A DNA stretch of 64,000 nt from Epiperipatus broadwayi (taxonomy: Eukaryota > Animalia > Onychophora), in the NCBI GenBank assembly GCA_028023455.1, contig JAQFVV010000004.1, positions 18,662,001 through 18,726,000 of the forward strand, written 5' to 3'. The position numbers and the translations under genes were made by a program. The stretch's first letter is position 1. Each line of letters opens with the position of its first letter. Under the pieces are notes generated by a model. The model saw only the letters and a list, made by a program, of their open reading frames with translations. It did no database searches and had not been told where the DNA came from. Below, piece by piece: positions 41,851 to 53,030 of the stretch.

Positions 41851-42416
41851 CTGAGAGCACTGCACCTAGATCTTAGGATCTAATGCAACCCTCCAGCACT
41901 CGCCTTTTATCTCTACTTAACTACAAAACTATGAGAATGAAATTGGAAAACCCAAAAATATTTTCAATCTAAGCTCAATCGCTTATATAGTCATATGGGT
42001 CTGAACTCAGTTCAGCACCCATACATTTTGGTGTCTTTGGCTCTTTAACAACCATAGCCACCACTATCCTATTAGGCAGTATTGGTGTTAAGGGTGGCAA
42101 TACTGTACGGAGAGTTTTGTTTTGTTTATAAACAATTGTGCTAGTATAAGATAGTGATCATGTGATGCTTAATGGTTTAAAACCAATCCTGCCTAATAGG
42201 ATAGTGGTGGCTATGGTTGTTAAAGAGCCAAAGACACCAAAATGTATGGGTGCTGAATTGAGTTCAGATCCATATGACTATATAAACTATTGAGCTTAGA
42301 TTGAAAATATTTTTGTGTTTTCAATTTCATTCTCATCGTTTTGTAGTTAAGTAGAGATAAAAGGTGGATGCTGGAGAGTTGCATTAGATCCTAAGATCTA
42401 GGTGCAGTGCTCTCAG

Positions 42417-42475
42417 ATCCAAAGCTCCTCACTGATGATGGCCACAAACCAGAAACTAGTCTGGGGATATTGGAT
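42417..42475 (+). ncRNA. Minimal type I hammerhead ribozyme
   Basis: AUCCAA agc UCCUCA CUGAUGA UGGC cacaa ACCA GAAA CUAG UC UGGGGA ua UUGGAU; helix I is extended by AUCCAA/UUGGAU across a 3x2 internal loop. Confidence 0.85.
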
Positions 42476-42610
42476 GAGTAGGCATTAGATACGGATTTTA
42501 TGCACAAGCCTTCTGGCATTCATTGATTACTCTGTTTGGCACAGGGTGGCAATACTGTATGGAGAGATTTGCTTTGTTTATATCTAAATTTTAATAGAAA
42601 AAATTATTAC

Positions 42611-42747
42611 CATCATCAATAGCAAGAACCATTACTTCATGTCTTCTCTGTGCTTCCCTGTCCAAAGATTGCTGTATCGTCACCACTCCTGATAATTTGT
42701 CAACAGCAAACTGACGTTTGGGATCCGATTTGGAATAGATACGATAG
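42611..42747 (-). CDS. CadN: Cadherin exon, 137 nt, phase 2-1
   Basis: ttatttag-type acceptor (ttttag|C TAT CGT) and GAT G|gtaata donor. Encodes (F)YRIYSKSDPKRQFAVDKLSGVVTIQQSLDREAQRRHEVMVLAIDD(G). Confidence 0.95.
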
Positions 42748-44981
42748 CTAAAATAAAATTTTTGAAATATAAAGCACAAATATATACAAATATGCTGACA
42801 TACACATGAATGTAAGTTTACCTTTCACTCTTTTCTTAAAGATAAATTTCTTGATGATGACTTATTGCACATTAGATCATTTTTTTAATATAACTTTGAA
42901 GTTTCCATATTACTCACGTTCAAGTTCAATAACCTTGTATATTTTTTTAATTTCTGAATTCATTTTTGTTATTATATTCTTTCAATTTCTATTATTTCAA
43001 AATAAACACCCTCACCTCTGCCCAGATAAAATATATTTGTTGCAAATTTTTTGTAATGTGATAAAAATGAAACTTTTTTTTTTTTAAAAAAAAAAAATCT
43101 AATGTTACATAAATAACATTCAAAACTACATTCAAAATATATATAAAATTTGAAGGCTTTCTTTTTATTCAGATGTTTTCTATTTGTATTATTTTGTATA
43201 GATTACATTTTTCTTCTGATCTTTAATAATTACATTTTATTTTATTAATTTTTAGTTGTTTTTTTTTTTACTAGAATCAATTCTTGCATAAAAAAGTTCG
43301 AATTTTCTACCACTAAGTGCCTTTGATAATATTAACTATTTCTGATAACAAACTACCCTTGGAAAAAATATTAATGAAATTTTTAGACTTCTATTTATTC
43401 TATAAAAAATTATGTGCTTTAAATTGTACTGTTCCTAACTAAAATTAAATTTTATAATTATTAACTTTTTTGCACAATAAGATTAAATGTAGTCACAATT
43501 GGATACTCTCTTGTGAATTCTTTGAGATGATTACAGAAAGAATATTTTTTTAAATTAAAGCATATTTTATTTATTTTTATAAAAATAAAATCATAAATCT
43601 TAAACCTCTACGAATTTGCAATTTTTGTGTGTGTATGTAGGCAGTGGGAGCGGAGGGGGGTATTTTCTTACTAAATATGTATAAATTTCTCTGCCAAAGC
43701 TTCTCCAGCATAATATTAATTACATTTAAAAAATTCTTAGCAGACAGAAAAATTCAAAAGTCTTAACAGACATATTAATAACAGTACAAAGACTTTTCAT
43801 AAAATGAACTCATGACGAGTATTATCCAAACATCCTTCTATCAATGTTAAAATATATTTTTCAGAAATAATGGTTGTGTAGATAATTTAATACCAATAAT
43901 TGTTCTGGAGGAAAATTAAAAACTGGTGACTTAATGCAAATCTGAATTTAGGTAACTACAAAATTCTTTTTTACAATTCATTATTATTAGTTGAGTAACT
44001 CTATAATATATAGAATATTAATTTAAAATGGTTGTCAGATAATTTCTAACCATCAAAATACACTTGCAATTTATTTTTATATCCAAATTTGTGTTTAGAT
44101 TTGAACTCAAAGGTAATATCTAAATTTGAGTTTTTGAAAGCAGAGTTTTATAACATGAGATCTTTTATAAAAGTATTGTTGATTACTGATCTTCAACAAT
44201 AAAATCTAATCAGACTAAATCTCAATTATCACATGTACTAAAACAAAATCCTAACACATAAATTACATTTTTATTGTGATCAATTTCAGGCTTGACATTT
44301 ATTTAAGATATTTAAAAAAATCTCTAAAATAATATTTCAGTAATTAAATTTGAGCATAGATTACTCCAATATATTCTAATTTGTTTTATTTTCTTACTAT
44401 TCGATCATGGTATCATTATACTTATCAAGAGATATTGAATTTCTTAAAATATATTTTAAGTCTATTATTTTATGTTCTCACACTTCAAATATGCATCAGA
44501 AAAAGAACAAATGATTTTAAAGTTATTTTTCTGACTAAATCAGCACTCTTCAGTTGGCCCAAATAACAAACTTTCAATATTTATTTATTATACACTCATT
44601 ATTCAGTTTACAAGTGCTACAGTTATTAGCACTCAATGATGATATACTTATCTAAAGACAATGACCATTTTTGAGTTAGCACTTATAATTGGAATGTAAT
44701 AAAATTTTAAGTAACTTAATATTTTTTCCAATATTTATTAATTTATTTTAATTTAGTTTTTGACACCAAATTAACATGTTCTGCTAATTTATATATATAT
44801 CTATTTTTTTTAAAAAAAAAATATTTACTGGAAAAAATAATATTCTCCAGTCTATATTATTCCACACACTCATTTTTGAATTTATATTTTAGTTATTATC
44901 ATTGATTATTAATTTATTCCTTCAACTTTTTTGTAATTTTCTCCCTTTAAACTGCTTTCTGAAATTAAAAAAATTACTTAC

Positions 44982-45232
44982 AACACTTTGGACTCTCCGC
45001 GATTATCTGGATCTTTTGCTTTAAATTGTTGTAATGTGGTGCCCACTACTGCATTCTCAAGGATTGACACGGTCAGATGTGCCTGGTCAAAGACAGGTGA
45101 ATTGTCGTTGATGTCCATCAGAGTCACCAGTACCGTGGCATAGTCCTTGGGTCCATTGTCAGCCAATCTATCCGTCACAGAAATATTCAATTTGAAACCA
45201 TTCCTTTGTTTAGGATCCTCGAAATCGAGAGG
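44982..45232 (-). CDS. CadN: Cadherin exon, 251 nt, phase 0-2
   Basis: aattacag|CCT CTC GAT TTC GAG ... GTG TT|gtaagt. Encodes PLDFEDPKQRNGF...MDINDNSPVF...AKDPDNRGESKV. The upstream intron is 100 bp. Confidence 0.95.
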
Positions 45233-45332
45233 CTGTAATTTAAAACATTTAGATAAATATAGCAAAGGAGAAACATAAAAAAATTTCTAAATATAAACAA
45301 ATAAACTATAGTTTACATATTAAAATATTTAC

Positions 45333-45592
45333 CTTGGCAATCTTCAGTGAACCAGTGCCATCGGGATTTGTAGACATGGCAAAAAAATCACTGCCAAAAT
45401 TGCCTTGAACAACGCTATAAACAAAGGTATTAACAGAAAAGGTGTCATTGTCATAAACGGAGACAGTAAGAATGGGAGATTCAACAATGTTTTCTCCCTC
45501 AGTTTCATCTACACTAATTTGATAAGTGGGTTTAGTGAACTTTGGTGGAGAATCATTTTCATCCATAATATGAATTGTGGCAGTTCCAGTAC
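45333..45592 (-). CDS. CadN: Cadherin exon, 260 nt, phase 1-0
   Basis: acttacag|GT ACT GGA ... GCC AAG|gtaaat. Encodes GTGTATIHIMDENDSPPKF...NPDGTGSLKIAK, in frame with both neighbours. Confidence 0.95.
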
Positions 45593-47607
45593 CTGTAAGT
45601 AATTTGTAAAAGAAAAAATAAAATACATAAAAAAATATTTTTTTAAAAACTTATAAAGACACAAAATCCTCATTGATTCTTGATAAACTAGTCGCAGAGA
45701 AAGAGCATGAAGAATTATAGGATCAAATTTTTGTTAAATGAATAGTATACTTATTTTTATACAATGACCTAAAAATAAAAACATCTCTAGAATATATATA
45801 CATATATGAGTGTAGCGGGATGTGTCAAGGGCAGAGATTTTTCTGACTACTCCACAGACAAGATTAAAAACTCATAGAAATTTGTGTGCCTAACTACTAA
45901 TCAATCAAAATGATTCCCACTTTGCTTGAAATCTCAATAACTTTTATAGAAAATACATTTAGACAACACTAACTATATGAAAATAAAATTTTACTTATTG
46001 AAGATATAACCAAAACTTCAGTGAATTTAATTGGACCACTTTAATACTGCCAAAGTAGAATCACTCACGAAATGTTTATTTTAATAACAGTGATTCTTAT
46101 CTAACTTGGAATATTAAATTAACATTACATTTACAATCTACAATTAGCAAAATTTCATTCTCAACATTAATATTGTCAAAATTTGTCTCTTAAATAAAGC
46201 TATTGGGGCTTAACCAAAGTGAAATTCATTTTGGTTGATTGACAGTTAGACATCAGAATTTCTACAATATTTTTAAATATTGTTTGTTATGTAACACAGT
46301 TACATAACACTTCACACCATGTATGTTCTCATATTACATATATGTATGAAAAATAGAAATGAGATATCTATGTGAATAGAAATAACCTTTAATCTTTGGT
46401 TCTCCTCATTTCTATTTTTTATTATAACAATCCATGGAATTATTTAATTCAATATAAGACAATTCTCTGGAGAAGTTTAAAGTAATATATGCAGAATGTC
46501 AAGAAAGATACCAGTCTTCCACATTCTCACACCTATAAAAAATAGTTTACTAAGTTTAAATCCATATAAGAACTTGGGTTTGGAGTAAAAGAGGATCCCT
46601 TTTACTTCAACAAAACAACTATTATAGGTTAATAAAAAACTTGTTTAGTTTCAGGGGTTGTCAGTTAATAGTAATTGATAATTTTTTGGAAACACCAAAG
46701 GTTAATGATTATCTTTATTTACATGGATATTACCTTCTCATTTCTATTCTATATTATAATAATAATCACGGATGTAATTTATATATACACCCACGCATAC
46801 ATTTTTACATAAGTTTTTAATATAACCATTTCTTTTCTTTTGGTTTTGTAGAAATGCATACAGCATTCACTGATCTATTAAAAATAAGTTTAACAAGTTT
46901 TCCAGTTTACAATTAAAAATAAAAACATTAATTAAAGATTTTAGTAGGATATAAAAATTAAAACATCAATTGATATTTAAATAACAATTAGCTAAAATTA
47001 ATGTATTTCTCATTTTCACTGATGAAAAAAAGATAACTTTGTTTCAAATTTTTACCCTCATAAATGATTTATAACTCATAATATTAAATATACTTTGTTA
47101 AAAATAAATATAATTTTATTTAATATTTATAGATTATTAATATTGCTAGTGATCATATTTTATTTAATAATAAGAACAATAAATTTTAAATCTTAAATGT
47201 ACGCATCTTAATAATATTAATGGTCATTCAAATATATTATGACCTCTAAAATTGAGAAGCTGTGGCAAAACTACTGTTGATAATAATCAATTGCTGTAAG
47301 TTATACTATCTATTTTCTGGGGGGGGGGGGGGGACGACTTTATACAGATATATATATTTTTAATCAATTCATGTGACTTTTTTTTGCAAATTTGCCCATT
47401 GTGAAATAAATAAAATTTAGTGAACTTTTATGAAATTAAAATTCTTTAACTACTTGATCATAATCCTACATATTTGTTATGAAAATGAATCAATGAAAAT
47501 CTCTTGTGTAACAAAATGATAAATACAACATATAAAATGTTCCACATGGAGGGTGTTGATATGATTTTGAATATATTTTTTAAAACTAAAATGACAAAAT
47601 TTAATAC

Positions 47608-47841
47608 CTTTTCTTTTTCCACCATCAGCAGCACTCACAACTATTTGGTAAATGTCGAGCTTTTCGCGATCCAGGCAGCAGATGGCCGTCCTGATGATGC
47701 CCGTATCAGGCTCAATTTTGAACACCTCCTTCCCGTTTGTTTCATTGATCGCGTTTCTCTCGATCTTGTATGTTAGCTTAGCATTTGTGCCTTCACTAGG
47801 GTCATCATAATCTAAGGCAGTCATCGTCATTACAGACCGAC
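47608..47841 (-). CDS. CadN: Type III classical cadherin (DN-cadherin-like), first exon seen in window, 234 nt, phase 1-1
   Basis: ttttaccag|GT CGG TCT GTA ATG ... AAA G|gtatt. Encodes (G)RSVMTMTALDYDDPSEGTNAKLTYKIERN...IEPDTGIIRTAICCLDREK...AADGGKRK. The CCLDRE repeat is collinear with Drosophila CadN as recalled from memory, so the symbol means CadN-like; orthology is untested. Confidence 0.93.
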
Positions 47842-50800
47842 CTGGTAAAACAAGTAATGACGATATTAATAATACATATTATAAATATTTATTATTATTA
47901 TATATACTTTTTAAAAAAAACCTTTTTTTTAACATATTATTAAATAAAATATATAACCTTGATAATTTTATCAAAACTGTTATAGTATATATAACATTTC
48001 TGTATATCTTACATCCCTTAATATTATATATAACACTTTAGTAATACTATATTGGTTTTATGTTATTTTTCTTGAATTAAATATTAATTAATCTCTTGTA
48101 AAGTAAAAAATTTGCAATGTTTATTTTTTATATTTCTTATTTAGTTTAAACATAATTTAGGTAATTTTAACATTAAATACAGTTATTTTCCTCATTGATT
48201 CCAAAAGCCTCAAAAGCACTTTTATTTTCAAAAAAATAAAAAAAAATTTTTATCATTTATAATTGAACTTTCCCTACATTTATTAGTAACACATTCTTAT
48301 GCTGTTAACTTACTTTCAAACTATTAATTTCATACTTTCTTTTCTTATCATTCATGAAACTTAATCTGAAATTAGTCATATTCTTTCATAAGTTCTATGT
48401 TAAGTAAAAATCACTGAATAAATAAATTCAATAAGTTTAAAAGATTAACAAGAAGAAAAAAAAAGAATACATTTAAAAATTACATTTCTATTATAATAAC
48501 TTTCAATTCTCCCAAAAGTGGTCTGATTTAAAAAAGCAACAAACACACTCTAAATTTCAACTAAAATATAGTTGTTTGATTTTATTGCTAACATAAATGT
48601 TCTTATAAAAAATAATTTTCTTTTTCCAGTAGATTTAGTATGCATTTAGAGACAATAGCTATAATCATTATTAATAAATAATTCCCAAAGCATGATAAGT
48701 TCATTTTTTTTTCTTTTTTCTTTTTTTTGTTATAAAAAAAATAAAATTAGTTAATTCAATTTATCCAATAAGTATCACTTAAATCTAAGTCATTTAAATG
48801 TTGGCGTCAAACATGAAATGACATAATTAAAACCATCAAGACCCATACAATGGATCAGAATGCTAATTTCTGTTAAAAATTTTTTTGTCAAAATTGATAT
48901 GATTTAAGTTAGCTCTATGAAAGAATGAAAACTATTTTTCAATAGTCCTTAAAATCCAAGCAAGTTATATATTGAATAGCCTTATCTTTTTAATGTTTAG
49001 CGAAATACAATCCGCCATTTTTGAACTGTAAAATGAAAAATCTGATTGATTCAAAATCTCCCAAGACATTTGATACCATTCATGCTGCCAAAATGTTCAT
49101 TAAGACATTTTATATTATAGATTATTACACTATAGCAATGGTCCAAATAACTGAAATGATATATATCAGTAGCTCTTTATACAAGAATTTAATTTTGAAA
49201 CTGCCCCCCCCCCTCCATATAATTTTATATTTTTTTAACATAGTTAATTCTGCTGACAATATAACCATCGAAAAAAATCTGCAATAATGGCATTTCTCTT
49301 ACTAAAATAATTAGTTTTTAGATTCTAATTCATTTCTTAGAGAAAAAAAAAATTATCCTTTATAATATATAACTGACTGAATTCCAATTAATTCAACTAT
49401 TTTTACAAGATCTGTATTCACCACTAAGCTGATATTAAAATTGTTCTTAGATCTGAATAAGCACTATATCTAATGAGCTTGACTCTAATTTTCATTAGTG
49501 ATTGTATTTAAGTATTTATCTTTAAAAAAAATTTTCTCCTTTGTAAAATCTTTTCAATTATTTTCTGATAATTACTCCAGAAGTCGTAGCTCTTCCATAA
49601 ATTATTTATTAGGAGCATATAAACATTATAATTTCAGAATATTCTTTTGTCAGAAATAACATGTTACTGCTATAACCAAATACAGCCTTTTTAAAAAAAA
49701 CTAAATGGGGAAGGGACTAAATAAAAGATAACTTCAGTAGATATTTGTGCCAATTTCATTGAAATATATAAATTAAAAAGATTATAAATGAATAAACATT
49801 TAATTCAAATTGACATGTATGTTTTTGATTTCGAAACTTATTTGAAAATATCAAATAATTTGTTTCAATATTGAAAAAATTGTCATTTATAAAATATTGA
49901 TATAAAACTAAACATATGCTGAAGATATAATTAAATCTGAAAACAATTATGCTACTGTAAAAACATCAAAATATCTTAATTACAAAATTTACTCTAATCA
50001 ACTTTACATCACTGTTATTCTGTGTGATCATTTTTTTTGTTACATGTGTTGCCTATAATTAATACCAAAAGTGTCATTCAATGGGAAATTTTTTGAAAAA
50101 ATATTTGGATCATCATTTCTATATATTAATTACTTTAATAGTTATTACACAATTTGTGATGCCTGACTAGAATAAAATATATAATTTTTAATCATTTTGT
50201 GAATTATCACATGGTATAAAGCCCACATTCATTATTGGATAATTCTCCACATTAAATTAATATGATAGTTTTAACCTTCAAAACTTTAACTCACTCATAT
50301 ATTTTTAAATATCATCAAAAATGGAAATTAAGAGGTTATTATGCTGTTCTTTCATACAAATTATAATAAATAATAGAAAAAATAATTAAAATCATATACA
50401 ACAGCTATATAAATATATTAATAATAATTACATATAAAAAGCCTTTTTCAGCAGGTGTTTTTGTACTATTTTAAATGTTAAGCAACTATTTTAACATTAA
50501 CCAATTATTGCAAAATAGAAATTATCTAGTGTTACATAATGGAAATAAAATAACGACAATAACAAAATAAAACATCAATAAAAAAGAATAAAATTATCAT
50601 ACTGAGATTTAATATAACTTTAAAAAATTGACTATATAACAACATAACAATATACACAATAAATAATACTTTGTTTAATTAGTTGGGTTTTTTTTTTTTA
50701 GAATAGCCATACAATTTGTGTTTTAGTACATATTTCTCTGTTTACATTAAAATATATGTATATAAATAGACAATTATGTACACCCATTTAAAAATTAAAA

Positions 50801-51176
50801 TTAAAGAAATCTAGTTCAACAAATAAATACCAAATTGTAGTTAACTTGCTTGTTTTAATTTTTCTATTTTGATAATATCTCTATTTAATTCACAATCCAT
50901 GCTATAAGTCATTTCGATTGAAATTATTAACAAATATATAAAATTTCTTTGATATTATAACAAAACAAAAGCTATAACCCCCTCAGGAAATGCAAATTGT
51001 CTACCTTTAACTAAATAAGATAATGTTCATTTAAATTTTCATTAGAGTTTGAATGCATATTACAGCAGGTTTATAATAAATATCTAGCACTAAAAAATTA
51101 AGATTTAAATTTACTTTTTTTTACTAGCTTCTTGGATAAATAAAAATGGAAATCACAAATATAAGAGAAGGATTGT

Positions 51177-51487
51177 TACATTTTCATTTACCACTGTCAA
51201 ACTCCCTCCACTCACAACTTTGACGCCATCCATTTCAGATAAATACACCAATGATTATTACTAATCATTTTCGAAACTAGAGATTATCTCTAGCACAGAT
51301 ATAAACTTTAAACCTCTAGATAAATATTTTGCATATAATAAAGATATATATGAGAGATAGTGACCTGGGCCAACTGATGAGTGCTGGTTCAGCACGAAAT
51401 GCATCTTGGGGGTCATTTGCTTTTATTATATCTTTATTTATATGAATTTGAAAAGAATGGGGAAGTGTGGAAGTGTTTGTTATATCA
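51177..51487. mobile_element. Short insertion containing the family-2 hammerhead (Penelope-like pLTR remnant?)
   Basis: Flanked by direct repeats ataagagaagga(t/c)tgt at 51161-51176 and 51488-51503 (15/16 identical), a candidate TSD. Confidence 0.5.
51361..51415 (+). ncRNA. Minimal type I hammerhead ribozyme, second unrelated family
   Basis: UGACCU ggg CCAA CUGAUGA GUGCUG guu CAGCAC GAAA UGCA UC UUGG GGGUCA: perfect 6-bp helix II with canonical G10.1-C11.1, palindromic AUGCAU helix III, bulged helix I; predicted cut after 51405. Confidence 0.9.
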
Positions 51488-51764
51488 ATAAGAGAAGGAC
51501 TGTAGTTGTTTTTTCACATTATTCATCTACTTAGCTTCATATAAATAACATTATTTCCTGGATCCATTCTTCCTTAAGTGTTATTTTATCATATTGATCA
51601 TTAACAAATCACAATGCATTATTTTTCCACAAAATCCAGTTTTTGATTGATTAGTCAAATAGATTTGTTAGAAAAAATAATTTTATTTCTTTATCTTTTA
51701 AAATATCTACATTTAATGTATTTAATGTCTAAATCATGAAAAAAGTTAGTAATAAAATGAATAA

Positions 51765-52304
51765 TTAGAAAAAGGATATTATAAGAATAGCATTGATAAA
51801 GGAGACATTTATTAAGAGAAAGAAAATATTTTGTGTTCAAGAGAGAATTGAGGAAAAGAGTAATTGAATGCTATGTGTAGAGAGTACCATTGTATGGTTT
51901 TGAAACATGGACAATAAGTAATAAAATTAGGACCAGTTTGGAAACCTTTGAAATATGAACATGGGGAAGAATGGAAAAAATCAGATGAATGGACAAAATA
52001 ACAAATGATGAAGTTTTGATAAGAGTAAATGAAAAAAGATTGATTGAGGAAATTAGAAATAGAAACTGGATTGGATATATATTAAAAAAAAATTATAGTT
52101 TAATGAAAGATGTATTGGAGGAAATGGTGAGTGGAAACAAAAAGGACAAATGATTGATATTGTTGGAAGATATAAGAGATATCAGAGATATGTGGAATTG
52201 AAGGGCTGGCTGGGCAATGAGGAGAATGGAATGGAAAAATTGATAAATTGTAATGTTACTACTCTCTGGTCATGTCCATGGGACAGAATTCTACTGATGA
52301 TGAT
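51765..52304 (+). mobile_element. RTE-clade LINE 3' fragment
   Basis: Degenerate frame ELRKRVIECYV.RVPLYGFETWT...ETFEI...DKITNDEVL...NWIGYIL; ends in a ctactgatgatgat tail. Confidence 0.8.
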
Positions 52305-52970
52305 ATTATACTAAATAATTGAAATCAAATAATATTTTTAAAAAAGCCTCATGTTCCTTGTTTATGTAGAAAATTTTAATTCAACTTTATATGTTCAATA
52401 TGGTGTATGTCATAAAAGTATATTTGATAAGGCTTCTGCAATCTTTTTGCAATTAATGAAAAAAATGAAGGAAATATTTTTGATTCAATATTATAAATCT
52501 GAATCTATTAATTTGATAAAAACATCTTTTAGCTTTATAGGTAGTTGGAATATTGCTATGAAATGTGAATAAGATAGAATGATTGCTTTAAATTATGGGT
52601 AATATGTTATGATTATTTAAATGTCATGTTTTTATTTATTTTATTTTCAATTTTGTTTGATTTAACGTTTGTATGTGATATCAAAACTAATTTGAATTTG
52701 ATAGTCCAATAATTACAAATTTGTCTAGAAGTTCTAATTAAAATAGTTGATTTTGTTATTTAAGTAATTACAATGACATCAAAATTATATAGACACATGC
52801 ATTTTGAAGATTTTCATTATGAATATATTTTCATTATAAAATATAAATTTTATTTAATACATTAGTGAATAATCATTGAATTGCTCATAACTATAATTTT
52901 TAACAGATTCTGGAAAATATTTATATTCTCCATCCTTTGAAAATTGATAAAGATTGTTTTTGACTACGAG

Positions 52971-53030
52971 TGTATAAATTTGTATTACTAACTCTTTATT
53001 TGTATAAATTTGTATTACTAACTCTTTATT
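52971..53030 (+). repeat. Perfect 30-bp tandem duplication
   Basis: (tgtataaatttgtattactaactctttatt)x2. Confidence 0.95.

Larger units (their letters stand above)
41637..42579. mobile_element. Hammerhead-carrying repeat, locus 4: two near-full units in inverted orientation
   Basis: 15-bp TSD atatctaaattttaa at 41622-41636 and 42580-42594; inversion at about 42090; period 452 in the right arm. Confidence 0.92.

Noticed and set aside
9096-42610. Mutually exclusive duplicate cadherin exons in the two long introns (known in insect CadN)
   Set aside because: No paralogous exon found by eye, and the duplicated segment at 32100 lacks the exon. A tBLASTn of each exon against the introns would be decisive.
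51170-51260. Minus-strand frame MDGVKVVSGGSLTVVNENVT as the next upstream cadherin exon
   Set aside because: No DxNDN motif, bounded by stops, no suitable phase-1 donor, and lies within the hammerhead-containing insert.
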